Source of the DNA: Trueperaceae bacterium
Lineage (GTDB): Bacteria > Deinococcota > Deinococci > Deinococcales > Trueperaceae
DNA length: 64,000 nt
Direction: 5' to 3'
Assembly (NCBI GenBank): GCA_034520945.1
Contig: JAXHNB010000002.1
Location: 1-64,000 of the forward strand
Part shown: one piece after another, positions 37,707-47,403 of the stretch
Layout of the letters: each line of letters starts with the position of its first letter
How positions within the stretch are numbered: the stretch's first letter is position 1
Notes under the pieces: generated by a model
Seen by the model: the letters and a program-made list of their open reading frames with translations, nothing else
What the model was told of the DNA's origin: nothing
The model's database searches: none
Translations under genes and position numbers: made by a program

Positions 37707-39155
37707 GTGACGGCGCCGGTGGGCCTTCACTTCGATCCCGAGCACGGCCTGTTCGGCGACCCGAAGCCCATCGCCTGGAACGGCCGCTACCACGTGTTCT
37801 TCCAGAACGCGCCGCGCCCCGACCAGTTCGACGCCATGCGCTGGGCGCACGTGGTCAGCGACGACCTGTTGCGCTGGAGGCGACTTCCCGACGCGTTGAC
37901 GCCGGACGCGGAGGGCCCCGATCGTTGCGGCTGCTGGACCGGCAGCGTCGTGCGTCACGAAGGGGTGTTCCACGCCTTCTACACCGGCGTGGCCGGACCT
38001 GACGGGCACGGGCAGAGCGTGTGCCGGGCCGAGAGCGACGACCTGATCCACTGGCGCAAGGACCCCGGAAATCCCCTCGTGGTCCCGGCGGCGCCGTTCG
38101 CGACCGGACCCGACGCGGCCTGGCGTGACCCGCAGGTGCGGCCGTTGCCGGAGGGCGGCTTCGAGATGGTCCTGACGGCCGACACGGCCGAGGGCCCGCG
38201 AAGCCTGCGCGGGTGCGTGGCGCGCCTCACCTCGTCCGACCTGCGGCGCTGGGCCGTCGATGGGTTGCTGTACCACCCCGGGGACGTGCACCGGTGCGAG
38301 TGTCCCGACGTCGTCCCGATGGTCAGCGGCTACGCATTGCTGTATTCCTCCTACGGGGTGGCGCTGCGCACCTCCGACACCCCGCGCGGCCCGTGGCGCA
38401 AGCCCCCCAACGCCCTCCTGGACGACTTCCGGTACTACGCCGCCAAGACCACCTCGGTCGACGGCCGCCGGCTGATGTTCGGCTTCCTGTTCGATCGACG
38501 GTCCCAGGACGGCGCGCCCGGCGACGGCAGCCCCTGGACCTGGGGCGGCGTGATGGCGTTCCCCCGCGAGCTGACGCTGGACGGGGTCGGCGCCCCCGCC
38601 CTGCGGCCGGTGGCCGAACTGCGGGCGTTGCGGCAGGACCCCGTGGCGCTCGGGTTCGACGCGAACGTGGCCGTGACGGGTGCGTGGTCGTGCGGAGACG
38701 ACGGCGTCGCGGGCGAGGCGCGTCCGGGCCGCGAAGAGCTCGCCGTCGCCCGGATGGGCCGCCAGCCCCAGCAGGCCGAGATCGAGCTGCGGATCCGCTG
38801 GGCACCCGATGGCACGGCGGGGCTGCTACTGCAGGCCGACGCCGCGCTCGGGCAGGGCTATTTGGTCGAACTGGACCGGGCGCGCCGCGACGTGGGCCTG
38901 CGGCGCCTGTTCCCCCACGCCAACCCGGCCAGCGTCGTGCTGCAGCGCATGGAGCTGCCGCCGGACCTGGACGACGAGATCGGCCTGCGAGCGTTTCTGG
39001 ACCGAACGGTATTGGAGCTGTTCATCGACGACCGCGTCGCGTTCAGCGCCCGCCTGTACCAGCGTCCCAGCGAGGCGTGGTGGGGGTTGGCCACGCGGGG
39101 GAGGCTGTGGACCTCCCTGCCGGAGGTGTGGCGCTTGGGCATGGCCCCGCGGTGA
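37707..39155 (+). CDS. Glycoside hydrolase family 32 (beta-fructofuranosidase-like)
   Basis: FGDPKP (NDPNG variant), WAH..SDDL, WTGS, WRDP, CECPD and YAAKT; C-terminal LELF beta-sandwich. Confidence 0.88.
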   Translation: MTAPVGLHFDPEHGLFGDPKPIAWNGRYHVFFQNAPRPDQFDAMRWAHVVSDDLLRWRRLPDALTPDAEGPDRCGCWTGSVVRHEGVFHAFYTGVAGPDGHGQSVCRAESDDLIHWRKDPGNPLVVPAAPFATGPDAAWRDPQVRPLPEGGFEMVLTADTAEGPRSLRGCVARLTSSDLRRWAVDGLLYHPGDVHRCECPDVVPMVSGYALLYSSYGVALRTSDTPRGPWRKPPNALLDDFRYYAAKTTSVDGRRLMFGFLFDRRSQDGAPGDGSPWTWGGVMAFPRELTLDGVGAPALRPVAELRALRQDPVALGFDANVAVTGAWSCGDDGVAGEARPGREELAVARMGRQPQQAEIELRIRWAPDGTAGLLLQADAALGQGYLVELDRARRDVGLRRLFPHANPASVVLQRMELPPDLDDEIGLRAFLDRTVLELFIDDRVAFSARLYQRPSEAWWGLATRGRLWTSLPEVWRLGMAPR

Positions 39156-39168
39156 CCGGCGCGGCCGC

Positions 39169-40125
39169 CTACCCCCATCCAGCGGCGCACGCGTCGGCGT
39201 CCACGCCCAGCGCCACCAGCGACAGGTAGGCCGCCCCCAGCTCGGGTGTCGTCCATGGCGTCACCGGTTCGGCGCCCCGGTCGCGAAGCGCCGCCTCGAA
39301 CGACCGCCGCACCTCCGCGTTGCCGCGCAACACGCCTCCGGAGCCGGCGACCCGCGCGGTCCCCGCCCGGGCGCCGGCGACCAGCGCCTGCTCGGCCAAC
39401 TGCCGCCCCGCCTCGGCGAGCAGGGCCGCGGCGCCCGCGTCGCCTTCCCCAGCCAAGCGGCCGACCTCTTCGGCGAACCGGGCGTGGTGACCGAGGGGCA
39501 ACGCCGGGTCGTACAGGACGTTCACGAGCCGGCGCGTCCGTTCGGACGGCGGCGCGCCCATGGCCACCCCCGCGTACGCCGCCAGCGTCCGCAGCATGGA
39601 GGTTTCCTCCGCCCGGTCCATGTCGTGCAGGGCGGAGGCGATGGCCCGTCGCGCGATCCAGTAGGCGCTGCCCTCGTCGCCGAAGCGGGGCCCCCAGCCG
39701 CCCACGCGGACCCGCTCGCCGGAGGGGCCGAAGGCCAGGCACTGGCTGCCGGTACCCGCCACCACGCACACGCCGGGCGCGCGCCCGAAGGCGGCGGCGT
39801 GGGCAATGCGCGCGTCGCTGTCGACCAGGACGTTGTCGGCTCCGATCAGCTCACGCCAACGCGTGCGTTCGTCCGCCTCTCCCGCCATGATCAGCCCCGC
39901 GATTCCGAGCGTGACGTGCCGGACCCGTCCGCGCGCTTGGTCCCGCACGGCGTGGACGGCAGCGAGGACGGCGTCGCGGCTGGCGCGCTCGCTTGTGGTA
40001 CGCGGGTTGCCGGCCTGCCGCTCGGCGCGGCCTAGGATGCGGCCGGCCAGCGACACCGCCACCGCCCGCGTGTACGTGCCGCCCACGTCGATGCCGAGGA
40101 CCAGCTCCTCGCCCGCGTCGCTCAC
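39169..40125 (-). CDS. BadF/BadG/BcrA/BcrD-family kinase, N-acetylglucosamine kinase-like
   Basis: GIDVGGT, SDA, AGTGS and GGWG..GDEGSAYWI. Confidence 0.88.
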   Translation of the reverse strand: MSDAGEELVLGIDVGGTYTRAVAVSLAGRILGRAERQAGNPRTTSERASRDAVLAAVHAVRDQARGRVRHVTLGIAGLIMAGEADERTRWRELIGADNVLVDSDARIAHAAAFGRAPGVCVVAGTGSQCLAFGPSGERVRVGGWGPRFGDEGSAYWIARRAIASALHDMDRAEETSMLRTLAAYAGVAMGAPPSERTRRLVNVLYDPALPLGHHARFAEEVGRLAGEGDAGAAALLAEAGRQLAEQALVAGARAGTARVAGSGGVLRGNAEVRRSFEAALRDRGAEPVTPWTTPELGAAYLSLVALGVDADACAAGWG

Positions 40126-40856
40126 AACGTGCGGACCCGGCCGCGCCAGTACGCCAGCCGTTCGGGCGACAGCGGCTCCGCCCCCTCGGTGTTGGCGCTG
40201 GCGAAGACGTCCGGCGCGGCGCCGCGTTCCAGCAGCCGCTCGGTGGCACGCGCGATCGCCGCGTTCAAAGCGAAGACGCAGGCGATCGTGCTGAGCGGTC
40301 CCACCCGCAGGCCCTCGGTCCCCACCGGCACCGCGGCGTCGCCGTAGGGGACGCCCGTGTCGACGACGAGGTCGGCGACGTCGGGCAGCTTCGCTCCGCT
40401 CGGATCGCGAGACGACACCTGCGTGACGTGCGCCAGGCTGGTGAGGGCCACCACCGTCGCGCCGCGGGCCCGGCCGCTGCGGGCCGCTTCGACGGGATAG
40501 GCGTTGCGGCCCGAGTTCGAGGCCACGACCAGCAGGTCCCGCGCGCCGATGCCGGCGTCCGCCACGACCGCGTGGGCGATGCCGGGCAGGCGTTCCAGCG
40601 CGCTGCTCCGTACCGCCCCCTCGTGCAGCATCAGCCCGGGGACCAGCAGCGGGTGCACCGCAGCCAGACCGCCGGCGCGGTAGAACGCCTCCTCGGCGAC
40701 CATGTGCCCGTGCCCGCTGCCGGTCACGTAGATCAGGCCGCCTTCCGCCACGGTGTCGGCCAGTAGCGCCGCGAAGCGTTCCAGTACCTCGCGCCGCTGG
40801 TCGAGCCCATCCAGCAGCTCCTGCACGGCGCGGTGGTAGGCGTCCAGGGCGCTCAT
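40122..40856 (-). CDS. SIS-domain protein
   Basis: TGSGHGH..EEAFYRAGGL and SNSGRN. Confidence 0.88.
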   Translation of the reverse strand: MSALDAYHRAVQELLDGLDQRREVLERFAALLADTVAEGGLIYVTGSGHGHMVAEEAFYRAGGLAAVHPLLVPGLMLHEGAVRSSALERLPGIAHAVVADAGIGARDLLVVASNSGRNAYPVEAARSGRARGATVVALTSLAHVTQVSSRDPSGAKLPDVADLVVDTGVPYGDAAVPVGTEGLRVGPLSTIACVFALNAAIARATERLLERGAAPDVFASANTEGAEPLSPERLAYWRGRVRTL

Positions 40857-41470
40857 ACTCGGCCCCCTTCCGGCGCCTCCGGCGGGAGGAGCCCCATGAT
40901 GCACGCGTCCTCCTCGTCTTCCAGGTCGCGAAAGCCGAGGTGCCGATAGAAGCCGATGGCGCGGTGGTTGCGGCGCGCCACCCCGAGGTGGACGCCCCGG
41001 CTGCCCGCGTCGAACAGCGAGGCCAGCACCGCCTCCATCATCCGCCGGCCGAAGCCGCGCCCTTGGGCCGGGGGCAGCAGGTCCAGGTGGAGGTGGGAGG
41101 GGTAGCCTTCCAGGCGCGCAGGCGGGGTACGCGGCGGGTCGTGAAGCGACGCCACCAGCGCCGCGTCGGCGGCCGGACGTTGCGCGCGGCGGGGGTACAT
41201 GGCCCGCAGCGGCGGCCACCAGCGCGCTTCGCAGCGCGCCTCGAACGTGGCGGTGTCCAGCGCGCCGAGGGCGTAGCCGAGGACCTCGTCGCCTTCGCGC
41301 AGTACGAAGGCGTGCCGCGGTTCCAGGGCGAGGTACGGCCCGACGTAGAGGTGGCCCAGCAGGTTGGGATCGGCGAACGTGCCGGTCGCATCCTCGCCGG
41401 CGTCGCCCGTGGCGAGGCAGACGCTGTAGGCGCCGGCGAAGTCGGCCGGCCGGTAGGGATGGACCTTCAC
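40853..41470 (-). CDS. GNAT acetyltransferase resembling the OGA C-terminal acetyltransferase-like domain
   Basis: VCLATGDAG, YVGPY, YPSHLHLDLLP and QGRGFG (acetyl-CoA loop); GTGA overlap with GH84. Confidence 0.88.
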   Translation of the reverse strand: MKVHPYRPADFAGAYSVCLATGDAGEDATGTFADPNLLGHLYVGPYLALEPRHAFVLREGDEVLGYALGALDTATFEARCEARWWPPLRAMYPRRAQRPAADAALVASLHDPPRTPPARLEGYPSHLHLDLLPPAQGRGFGRRMMEAVLASLFDAGSRGVHLGVARRNHRAIGFYRHLGFRDLEDEEDACIMGLLPPEAPEGGRV

Positions 41471-42789
41471 CGGGGCACGCACCCGTCGCGGCCAAGGGGC
41501 AGGAGGCCTTGAAGCTCGTCCAGAACACCAGTGCGGTAGGTGTTGGCGAGCCCGTGCGGGCGGCAGAGCCGTCCCGTGCCCGTCTGCGCCAGCCGGGCGC
41601 CCACCTCGGCCTCCTCCTTCAGGTCCCAGGCGTAGGGGTAGAGGGCGTAGGCCAGCTCGCGACGGGTCAGTTCGGTCACGCCGACGTACGCCGCCCGTAG
41701 CTGCTCGGCGGCGCGTGCGAGGGTGGCGGCGACCTCCGGGGGTGCGGTGCGTGGATCCGCCGCCAGCACCCGTAGGGCGTCCAGGTGCGCGCGGGCGCGG
41801 GGACCGTGCGCGAAGGGCAGGTGGAGGTAGTCGACGAGCACCTCCAGGAGCTCGCGGTCCAGGTGCCCGTCGTGGGTCGCGAAGCGCGGCCACCAGGCGT
41901 CGATGGCGGCGCGGAAGCTGGACTCGGCCGCGTCCGGCGTGTCCGCATGGCCCCGCAGCCACGCGGCCGTGGTGTGCAGTGGCACGAAGTTGGCTTCGGC
42001 CTCGACGTTGGGGTTGCTGATCACCCCGCGCAGCTGGGCGCGTAGCTCGGGGGGGCGGCCGCGGTAGGGACCCAGGTACAGCCTGCGCCCGTCGTAGTCG
42101 TTGGCGTGGAGGTTGTCCCAGAGGACCGGTTTTCGGCCCAGGGTGCGGCCCATCCGGGCGGCGGCCTCGGGCGGCACCCGCTCGCTGACGATCTCGGGGC
42201 CCGTCCAATAGACGTCGATGCCGGGATGCAGGTCCTCGCCGAGCGTTCGCAAGTAGGGGCTCTCCTCCGGGGAGGGGTCGGCCATTCGGTCGCAGTACTC
42301 GGTCGGGCACAGCAGCAGCGGGACACCGCCCCTGTCCTGGAGGTGGGCGTGAAGCTCGTTGGCGACGTCCGCCTGGGCGTGGGCGGGGGAAGGGAACGCC
42401 CGGGCATCGGCCGGGGACAGGGCCGGGTCGATGTCGTCGAACAGCAGGGTGACCCCCTCGGCGCCGAAATCCAGGACCTGGTCCACCTTCGCCCGCAGCG
42501 CCCGGCGGTCGTCGGGATCGGCGTAGCGCAGGTCCAAACCGGGCGCGATGGCGTAGTGCAGCGCGACGCCGTGCGTGCGGGCTTCGCGCGCCAACGCCCC
42601 TAGCTCGCGCGCCTCCTCCTGGTCGTAGGAGAGGCGCCAGGCAGCCCGGACCTTCACGTCGTCCTTGGGCCCGTAGACGTAGGTTGTCATGTCCCAAGCG
42701 GCCAGGTCGCCCAGTAGTTCGCGGCGTTGCGCGGGTCGCCACGGCCGGCCGTAGAAGCCTTCGATGACGCCGCGGTAGGGAAGGGGCAC
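41467..42789 (-). CDS. GH84 beta-N-acetylglucosaminidase (O-GlcNAcase-like)
   Basis: GVIEGFYGRPW, YGPKDD, LLFDDI (catalytic DD), CPTEY, WTG and WDNLHANDYD; no signal peptide. Confidence 0.93.
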   Translation of the reverse strand: MPLPYRGVIEGFYGRPWRPAQRRELLGDLAAWDMTTYVYGPKDDVKVRAAWRLSYDQEEARELGALAREARTHGVALHYAIAPGLDLRYADPDDRRALRAKVDQVLDFGAEGVTLLFDDIDPALSPADARAFPSPAHAQADVANELHAHLQDRGGVPLLLCPTEYCDRMADPSPEESPYLRTLGEDLHPGIDVYWTGPEIVSERVPPEAAARMGRTLGRKPVLWDNLHANDYDGRRLYLGPYRGRPPELRAQLRGVISNPNVEAEANFVPLHTTAAWLRGHADTPDAAESSFRAAIDAWWPRFATHDGHLDRELLEVLVDYLHLPFAHGPRARAHLDALRVLAADPRTAPPEVAATLARAAEQLRAAYVGVTELTRRELAYALYPYAWDLKEEAEVGARLAQTGTGRLCRPHGLANTYRTGVLDELQGLLPLGRDGCVPR

Positions 42790-42799
42790 GAAAACCTCC

Positions 42800-43636
42800 T
42801 CAGTCCAGCGAGCCCACCGTGAGGCCCGCGATGATCTGGCGTTGGAAGATGAAGTACACGACGAGGATGGGCACCGTCGCGATGCTGAGGGCCGAGAAGA
42901 CCAGCTTGTAGTCCACGCTGTAGTGGCCGTAGAAGGCCAACAGGCCGGCCGGCAGCGTACGGGTCGCCTCGTCCCGGACGAACAGCAGCGCGAAGAGCAG
43001 TTCGTTCCAGAGGTTGACGGCGTTGAGGATCGCCATCGTCACCAAGGCGGGCCGCACCAGGGCAGCATCAGCGTGCCAGAAGGTGGCGGCCAGTCCGGCG
43101 CCGTCGATGCGGGCGGCGTCCTCCAGTTCGCCGGGCAGTGTCCGGTAGAACGAGCGCAGCAGGTAGATCGTCAGCGCCATCGGCCAGCTGGCGTAGGGGA
43201 GGATCAGCGCCAGGTGCGTGTCCAGAAGGCCCATGTCCCGGAGCTGCACGAACAGCGGGATCACCACCGTTTGCGGCGGCAGGAGCAGTCCGATCAGGAA
43301 CAGGTAGAACAGGGCGTCGCGGCCCGGGAACCGCAGGCGGGCGAACGCGTACGCCGCCATGCTGGCCAGGGCCACCAACACGGCGACCGCGACGCCGGTG
43401 ACGAAGAGGCTGTTGAGGTACAACCGCCCGAGGTCGCCCACGGTCCACGCCTCGACCCAGTTGGACCACTGAGGCGCCTCGGGCAGGCCGAAGGGGTGAG
43501 CGAAGATCTCCTGGTTGTCCTTGAGCGAGGAGTACAGCATCCACGCCAGCGGGAACGCCATCCCGGCCACCACCGTGAGCACGACCCACAGGTGCAAGAT
43601 CGCGGCGGGGGTGCTGCGTCGTTCAGTACTCGACAC
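42800..43636 (-). CDS. Carbohydrate ABC permease (MalG type)
   Basis: AAYAFARL and LEDAARIDGA; probable compensating indels near 43060-43075. Confidence 0.93.
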   Translation of the reverse strand: MSSTERRSTPAAILHLWVVLTVVAGMAFPLAWMLYSSLKDNQEIFAHPFGLPEAPQWSNWVEAWTVGDLGRLYLNSLFVTGVAVAVLVALASMAAYAFARLRFPGRDALFYLFLIGLLLPPQTVVIPLFVQLRDMGLLDTHLALILPYASWPMALTIYLLRSFYRTLPGELEDAARIDGAGLAATFWHADAALVRPALVTMAILNAVNLWNELLFALLFVRDEATRTLPAGLLAFYGHYSVDYKLVFSALSIATVPILVVYFIFQRQIIAGLTVGSLD

Positions 43637-44552
43637 GGGACCTCCCCTGGGTGAGACGCAGGTACGCGATGCTCAAAAGCCCGACGACAACCGTCATGAT
43701 CACGGTCAGGGCGACGCCGTAGCCGAAGCGTCCGCGGTCGAACGCCTGCTTGACGATCCAGGTCGTGGGGATCTCGGTGGCGTTGAACGGGCCGCCGCCC
43801 GTCATGGCGAAAAACAGATCGAACGCCGCGAAGCCCCCCGTCACGCACAGCAGCACGGTGACGATCGTGGTTTCCCGCAGTAGGGGGAGCGTGACGCGGA
43901 AGAACTGCTGCAGCGGTCCCGCGCCGTCCAGGCGGGCGGCTTCGTAGAGGGTGGGCGGGATCCGCCGCAGCGCGGCCAAGTAGATGATCATGTAGAAGCC
44001 CGCGTACTTCCAGCCGCTCACCAGCGTCACGGCGGCCAGCGCCGTCTTCGGGTCGGACAGCCAGGCCCGCGTGAGGGTCCCCAGGCCGACGGCCTCGAGG
44101 GCGCCGTTGAGCAGGCCGAAGCGTAGGTCGTACACGAACGCCCACAGTAGGCCGGCCGCCACCATGGACAGAACCATGGGGGAGAAGAACAGCACCCGCA
44201 GGAGGCCGAACCCGCGACGCTCGGCGTTCAGCAGGACCGCCATGACGAGCCCGAAGGCGACCTCGACCACCAGCGTGCCCAGGATGTAGAGGCCGACGTT
44301 CAGATAGGAGCGTAGGTAGATACCGTCGTTCAGTGCGCGCAGGTAGTTGCGCCAGCCGACCCACTCCGCCGGGCTGATGCCGTCCCAACGGGTGAAGCCG
44401 TAGTACAGACTGGCGCCGAGCGGCAGCAGCACGAAACCACCGAAGAGCAGCAGCGCCGGCAGCACGAAGAGGTACGCCTGCCAGCCGTCGTTGCGGCCGG
44501 AGGGCGCGGCCACGGCCGCGCCCCGGTCCGTCCTGGAACGTGCTTCAGTCAC
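43623..44552 (-). CDS. Carbohydrate ABC permease (MalF type)
   Basis: WVGWRNY, LYEAARLDGA and GGGPFNAT. Confidence 0.93.
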   Translation of the reverse strand: MTEARSRTDRGAAVAAPSGRNDGWQAYLFVLPALLLFGGFVLLPLGASLYYGFTRWDGISPAEWVGWRNYLRALNDGIYLRSYLNVGLYILGTLVVEVAFGLVMAVLLNAERRGFGLLRVLFFSPMVLSMVAAGLLWAFVYDLRFGLLNGALEAVGLGTLTRAWLSDPKTALAAVTLVSGWKYAGFYMIIYLAALRRIPPTLYEAARLDGAGPLQQFFRVTLPLLRETTIVTVLLCVTGGFAAFDLFFAMTGGGPFNATEIPTTWIVKQAFDRGRFGYGVALTVIMTVVVGLLSIAYLRLTQGRSRVEY

Positions 44553-45827
44553 GTTCCTGTCGCAGGGGCTCCAGCTGCTGATCGATCCACGCCAGCGCTG
44601 CCTCCGCGTCGCGCGCGCCGCTCGCGGCCATGGCCGCGCCCTCGTAGAAGACGTCGGCTACCTCCACGGGGTAGCCAGTGTCGGGCGGCGGGACCAGCGC
44701 CGTGGCCGACTCGAAGATCTCGGCCAGCTCCTGCGTATGAGGGTCGAGGTCGGCGACGTCCATCGCGCCCTCGATGGGGCTGAATTGGCCAGCCTCCGCC
44801 CACAGGCGTTGGTTTTCGAGCGAAGCGGCGTAGAAACGAAGGAAGGCCACCGCCTCGTCGAAGTGCTCCGTGTCCGCGCTGACCTCGAAGCCGGTCGCCA
44901 GCCCGATGACGCTGCCCGAGGCGCCGCGCCCGCCGGGGATCTCGGGCGTGTTGAACACGGAGTAGGCGAAGTCGTCGGGCGCGTTGTCGTTCGCGATCGC
45001 CACCAGCCAGGAGCCGATCGGGTGCATCGCCGCCGCGCCTTGGAAGAAGGCGTTCATCGCCGCGTCCGGCGCCGAGGCTGGTCATGTCCGCGTTGAACGC
45101 CCCTGCTTCGGCGAGCTCTTCGAAGAGCGTGAACGCCTCCACGAACGCCTCCTGCTGGAAGGGTTCCTCCAGGCGCAGGGCCGCGTCCAGCAAATCCATG
45201 CCGACGACCCGCTCGGTGACGTGGCCTGCCCAGTTCCCCAGCGGCCACAACTCCACATTGCCGATCACGAACGGCGTGACGCCCGCATCGGCCAGGACCG
45301 TCACGATCTCGACCAGGTCGTCCCAGGTCTCTGGGGGCTCGAGCCCGTGCTGGTCGAAGATCTCGGTGTTGTACCAGATGGCGGTGGTCACGTCGAGCGA
45401 GTTGGGCAGCATGTAGATGCGTCCGTCGACGGTGGTGCCGGCCCGCTCGCTCCAGGAGGCGTCGACGAACCAGTCGGCGAAGCCCGCCCGCCTCGGTGGC
45501 CTCGGTCAGGTCGGCGGCGAAACCCTGGCGGGCGTCGCGCGTGACGAGTTCCCCACCCCACTGGAAGAAGATGTCCGGCGGATCGTCGCTCTGCAACATG
45601 GTGATCAACCCGGCGTCCTCGTAGAGGTCGTCGTCCTGGACCACCTGGTCGATGGTGATGTCGGGATGCAACGCCTCGAAGGCGTCGACGATCCGGTCGA
45701 AGGTGGCGCGGTGGGCGCCGCCGGTCATGGCGTGCGCGATGGTGAGCTCGGTCTGGGCGGCGGCCCAGGGCAGCAGGAGCAGCATTGCCAGGCAGGTGGC
45801 GACGAGGGACGTTCGCAGCTTGGTCAT
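44545..45827 (-). CDS. Carbohydrate ABC substrate-binding protein, split by two apparent frameshifts (~45485, ~45070)
   Basis: Three consecutive ORF pieces (signal peptide+PPDIF; IWYNTEIF..PETWDDL; FFQGAAAM) form one SBP. Confidence 0.82.
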
Positions 45828-45886
45828 GGGGATCCTCCAGGGGCGCGGGTCGCGCCGGTCGGGACGGGGATGGGGCGGCGGGAACG

Positions 45887-47122
45887 TCAACGGCGCATGG
45901 GTGCCTCCTCTCCAGGACGGGCGCGGGGCAGACGCCTCCGCACCAGGCTGCCGTCGCGAAGAATGTCGTCGAGAACGCCGACGGCCGCACCACGTGCGCC
46001 CGCGTTGGCGGGCAGGGCGGCGTAGGTGACGTGGAGCCTCTTGCCAAGGGGCCGCAACAGCCGCATCCGCAGCGTCTCCGACAGAAGGTTGGGGAGCGTG
46101 TCGCCCGTCGCCCGCACGTCGCCGCCCAGCACGATGGTGGTGGCCCCCGTTACGCTGATCGCGCTGGTGAGCGCGCGGGCTAGGTGTTCATTGAGTTCGT
46201 GAACGACTAGGGTCGCGACCTTGTCGCCCCGGCGGGCGGCCTCGGTGAAGCGTGAGAACGTCGCGCCCGGTCGCAGCTCGCTGTCGACGCCCTGCGCCAA
46301 GTACGCCTCCGCGTGGGCGATCAGCGCTTCGTGGGTGGCGAGGGTCTCCAGGCAGCCCACGTTGCCGCAGCGGCAGCGCTCTCCGTCGGGTCGCACCGAG
46401 ACGTGCCCGATTTCGCCGCAGATGCCGGTGCGGCTCCGGATCAAGTTCCCGTCCGCGAAGATGCCGCTTCCGACGCCGTCGCGTCCCAGGAAGAGGTAGA
46501 GCATGTCCGGCGCGTTGCGACCGGCGCCGAAGCGGTGCTCGGCGTCGGCGAAGGCACGGGACACGTCGTCGACCCGGACCGGAACGTCGAGCCGTTCCTC
46601 CAGGATGCGACGCGCAGGCACCGAGCCGCCACCGTGCTCCTTGGGCTGCCAGTGGCCGTCGCTGGTGACGACGTGGTGCAAGGCGGCGCCTACGCCGGCC
46701 GGTTCGGGCAGGCGATGCTTCGCCACGAACGCCTTCACCCGGCGGACGAGCCGGTCGAGCAGCGCCCGGTCGATCGGGCCGCCCTCGCGCCGCACGTCCT
46801 CGGCGATGGCCTCGCCGTGCGCGTCGCAGGCGACCAGGCGGGTTTGCCCGCCCCCGGCCTCGACGCCGATCGTCACGGCAGCGTCGGCGCGCAGCCGAAG
46901 GTGCTGGGTGGGCCGTCCGGGCCGCTCCGGGGGTTCGTCGTGAAGGCCGTCGAGGACGCCCGCGTCGATTAGCTCTCGGGTGATGCGGGAGACGCGGCTC
47001 GGGCTCATGCCGGTGCATTCGGCCAACGCGGCCCGGGTGTCGGCCGCACCCTCATGGACGAGGGAAGCCAGTCGGACGGCATGCGCCGTGCGCGCCGAGG
47101 GCGTGGCCACGCGGTGCGTCAT
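45887..47122 (-). CDS. ROK family transcriptional regulator (NagC/XylR-like)
   Basis: N-terminal HTH (TRAALAECTGMSPSRVSRITREL), GRP and GEIGH..CRCGNVGCLE. Confidence 0.92.
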   Translation of the reverse strand: MTHRVATPSARTAHAVRLASLVHEGAADTRAALAECTGMSPSRVSRITRELIDAGVLDGLHDEPPERPGRPTQHLRLRADAAVTIGVEAGGGQTRLVACDAHGEAIAEDVRREGGPIDRALLDRLVRRVKAFVAKHRLPEPAGVGAALHHVVTSDGHWQPKEHGGGSVPARRILEERLDVPVRVDDVSRAFADAEHRFGAGRNAPDMLYLFLGRDGVGSGIFADGNLIRSRTGICGEIGHVSVRPDGERCRCGNVGCLETLATHEALIAHAEAYLAQGVDSELRPGATFSRFTEAARRGDKVATLVVHELNEHLARALTSAISVTGATTIVLGGDVRATGDTLPNLLSETLRMRLLRPLGKRLHVTYAALPANAGARGAAVGVLDDILRDGSLVRRRLPRARPGEEAPMRR

Positions 47123-47159
47123 AATTGCGAGGATGCAACTTTCTACGCCCGGGCGTCAA
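47123..47159 (-). promoter_or_regulatory. Putative leaderless promoter of the ROK regulator with an overlapping imperfect IR
   Basis: TTGACG-18 nt-CATCCT-7 nt-ATG; AATTGC-N6-GCAACT overlaps the -10 box. Confidence 0.45.
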
Positions 47160-47403
47160 GGATTCTCTGTGAGTCGTTCGAAAAATGGAAAGCCATGCGA
47201 GGCCCGCGTGGACGGGTTGGTTCACGGACGGCTACCACAGCGACGGGCACCGCCCCCGCACCTCCGCGCAGCTCGCTCCCGGCTGAGCCCCCGCCCATGT
47301 ACCATGGACCTCGGCCGCATCAATGAGCGTGCCCACGCCCCGTGCCGATCCGCCCCGAAACCCGGGTGCACACGGCACCAGCCCGATCCCCGGAGGAGGA
47401 CCC

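Noticed and set aside
44545..45827. Programmed frameshifting or phase variation in the SBP gene
   Set aside because: No slippery heptamer or long repeat tract; similar indels occur across the window.
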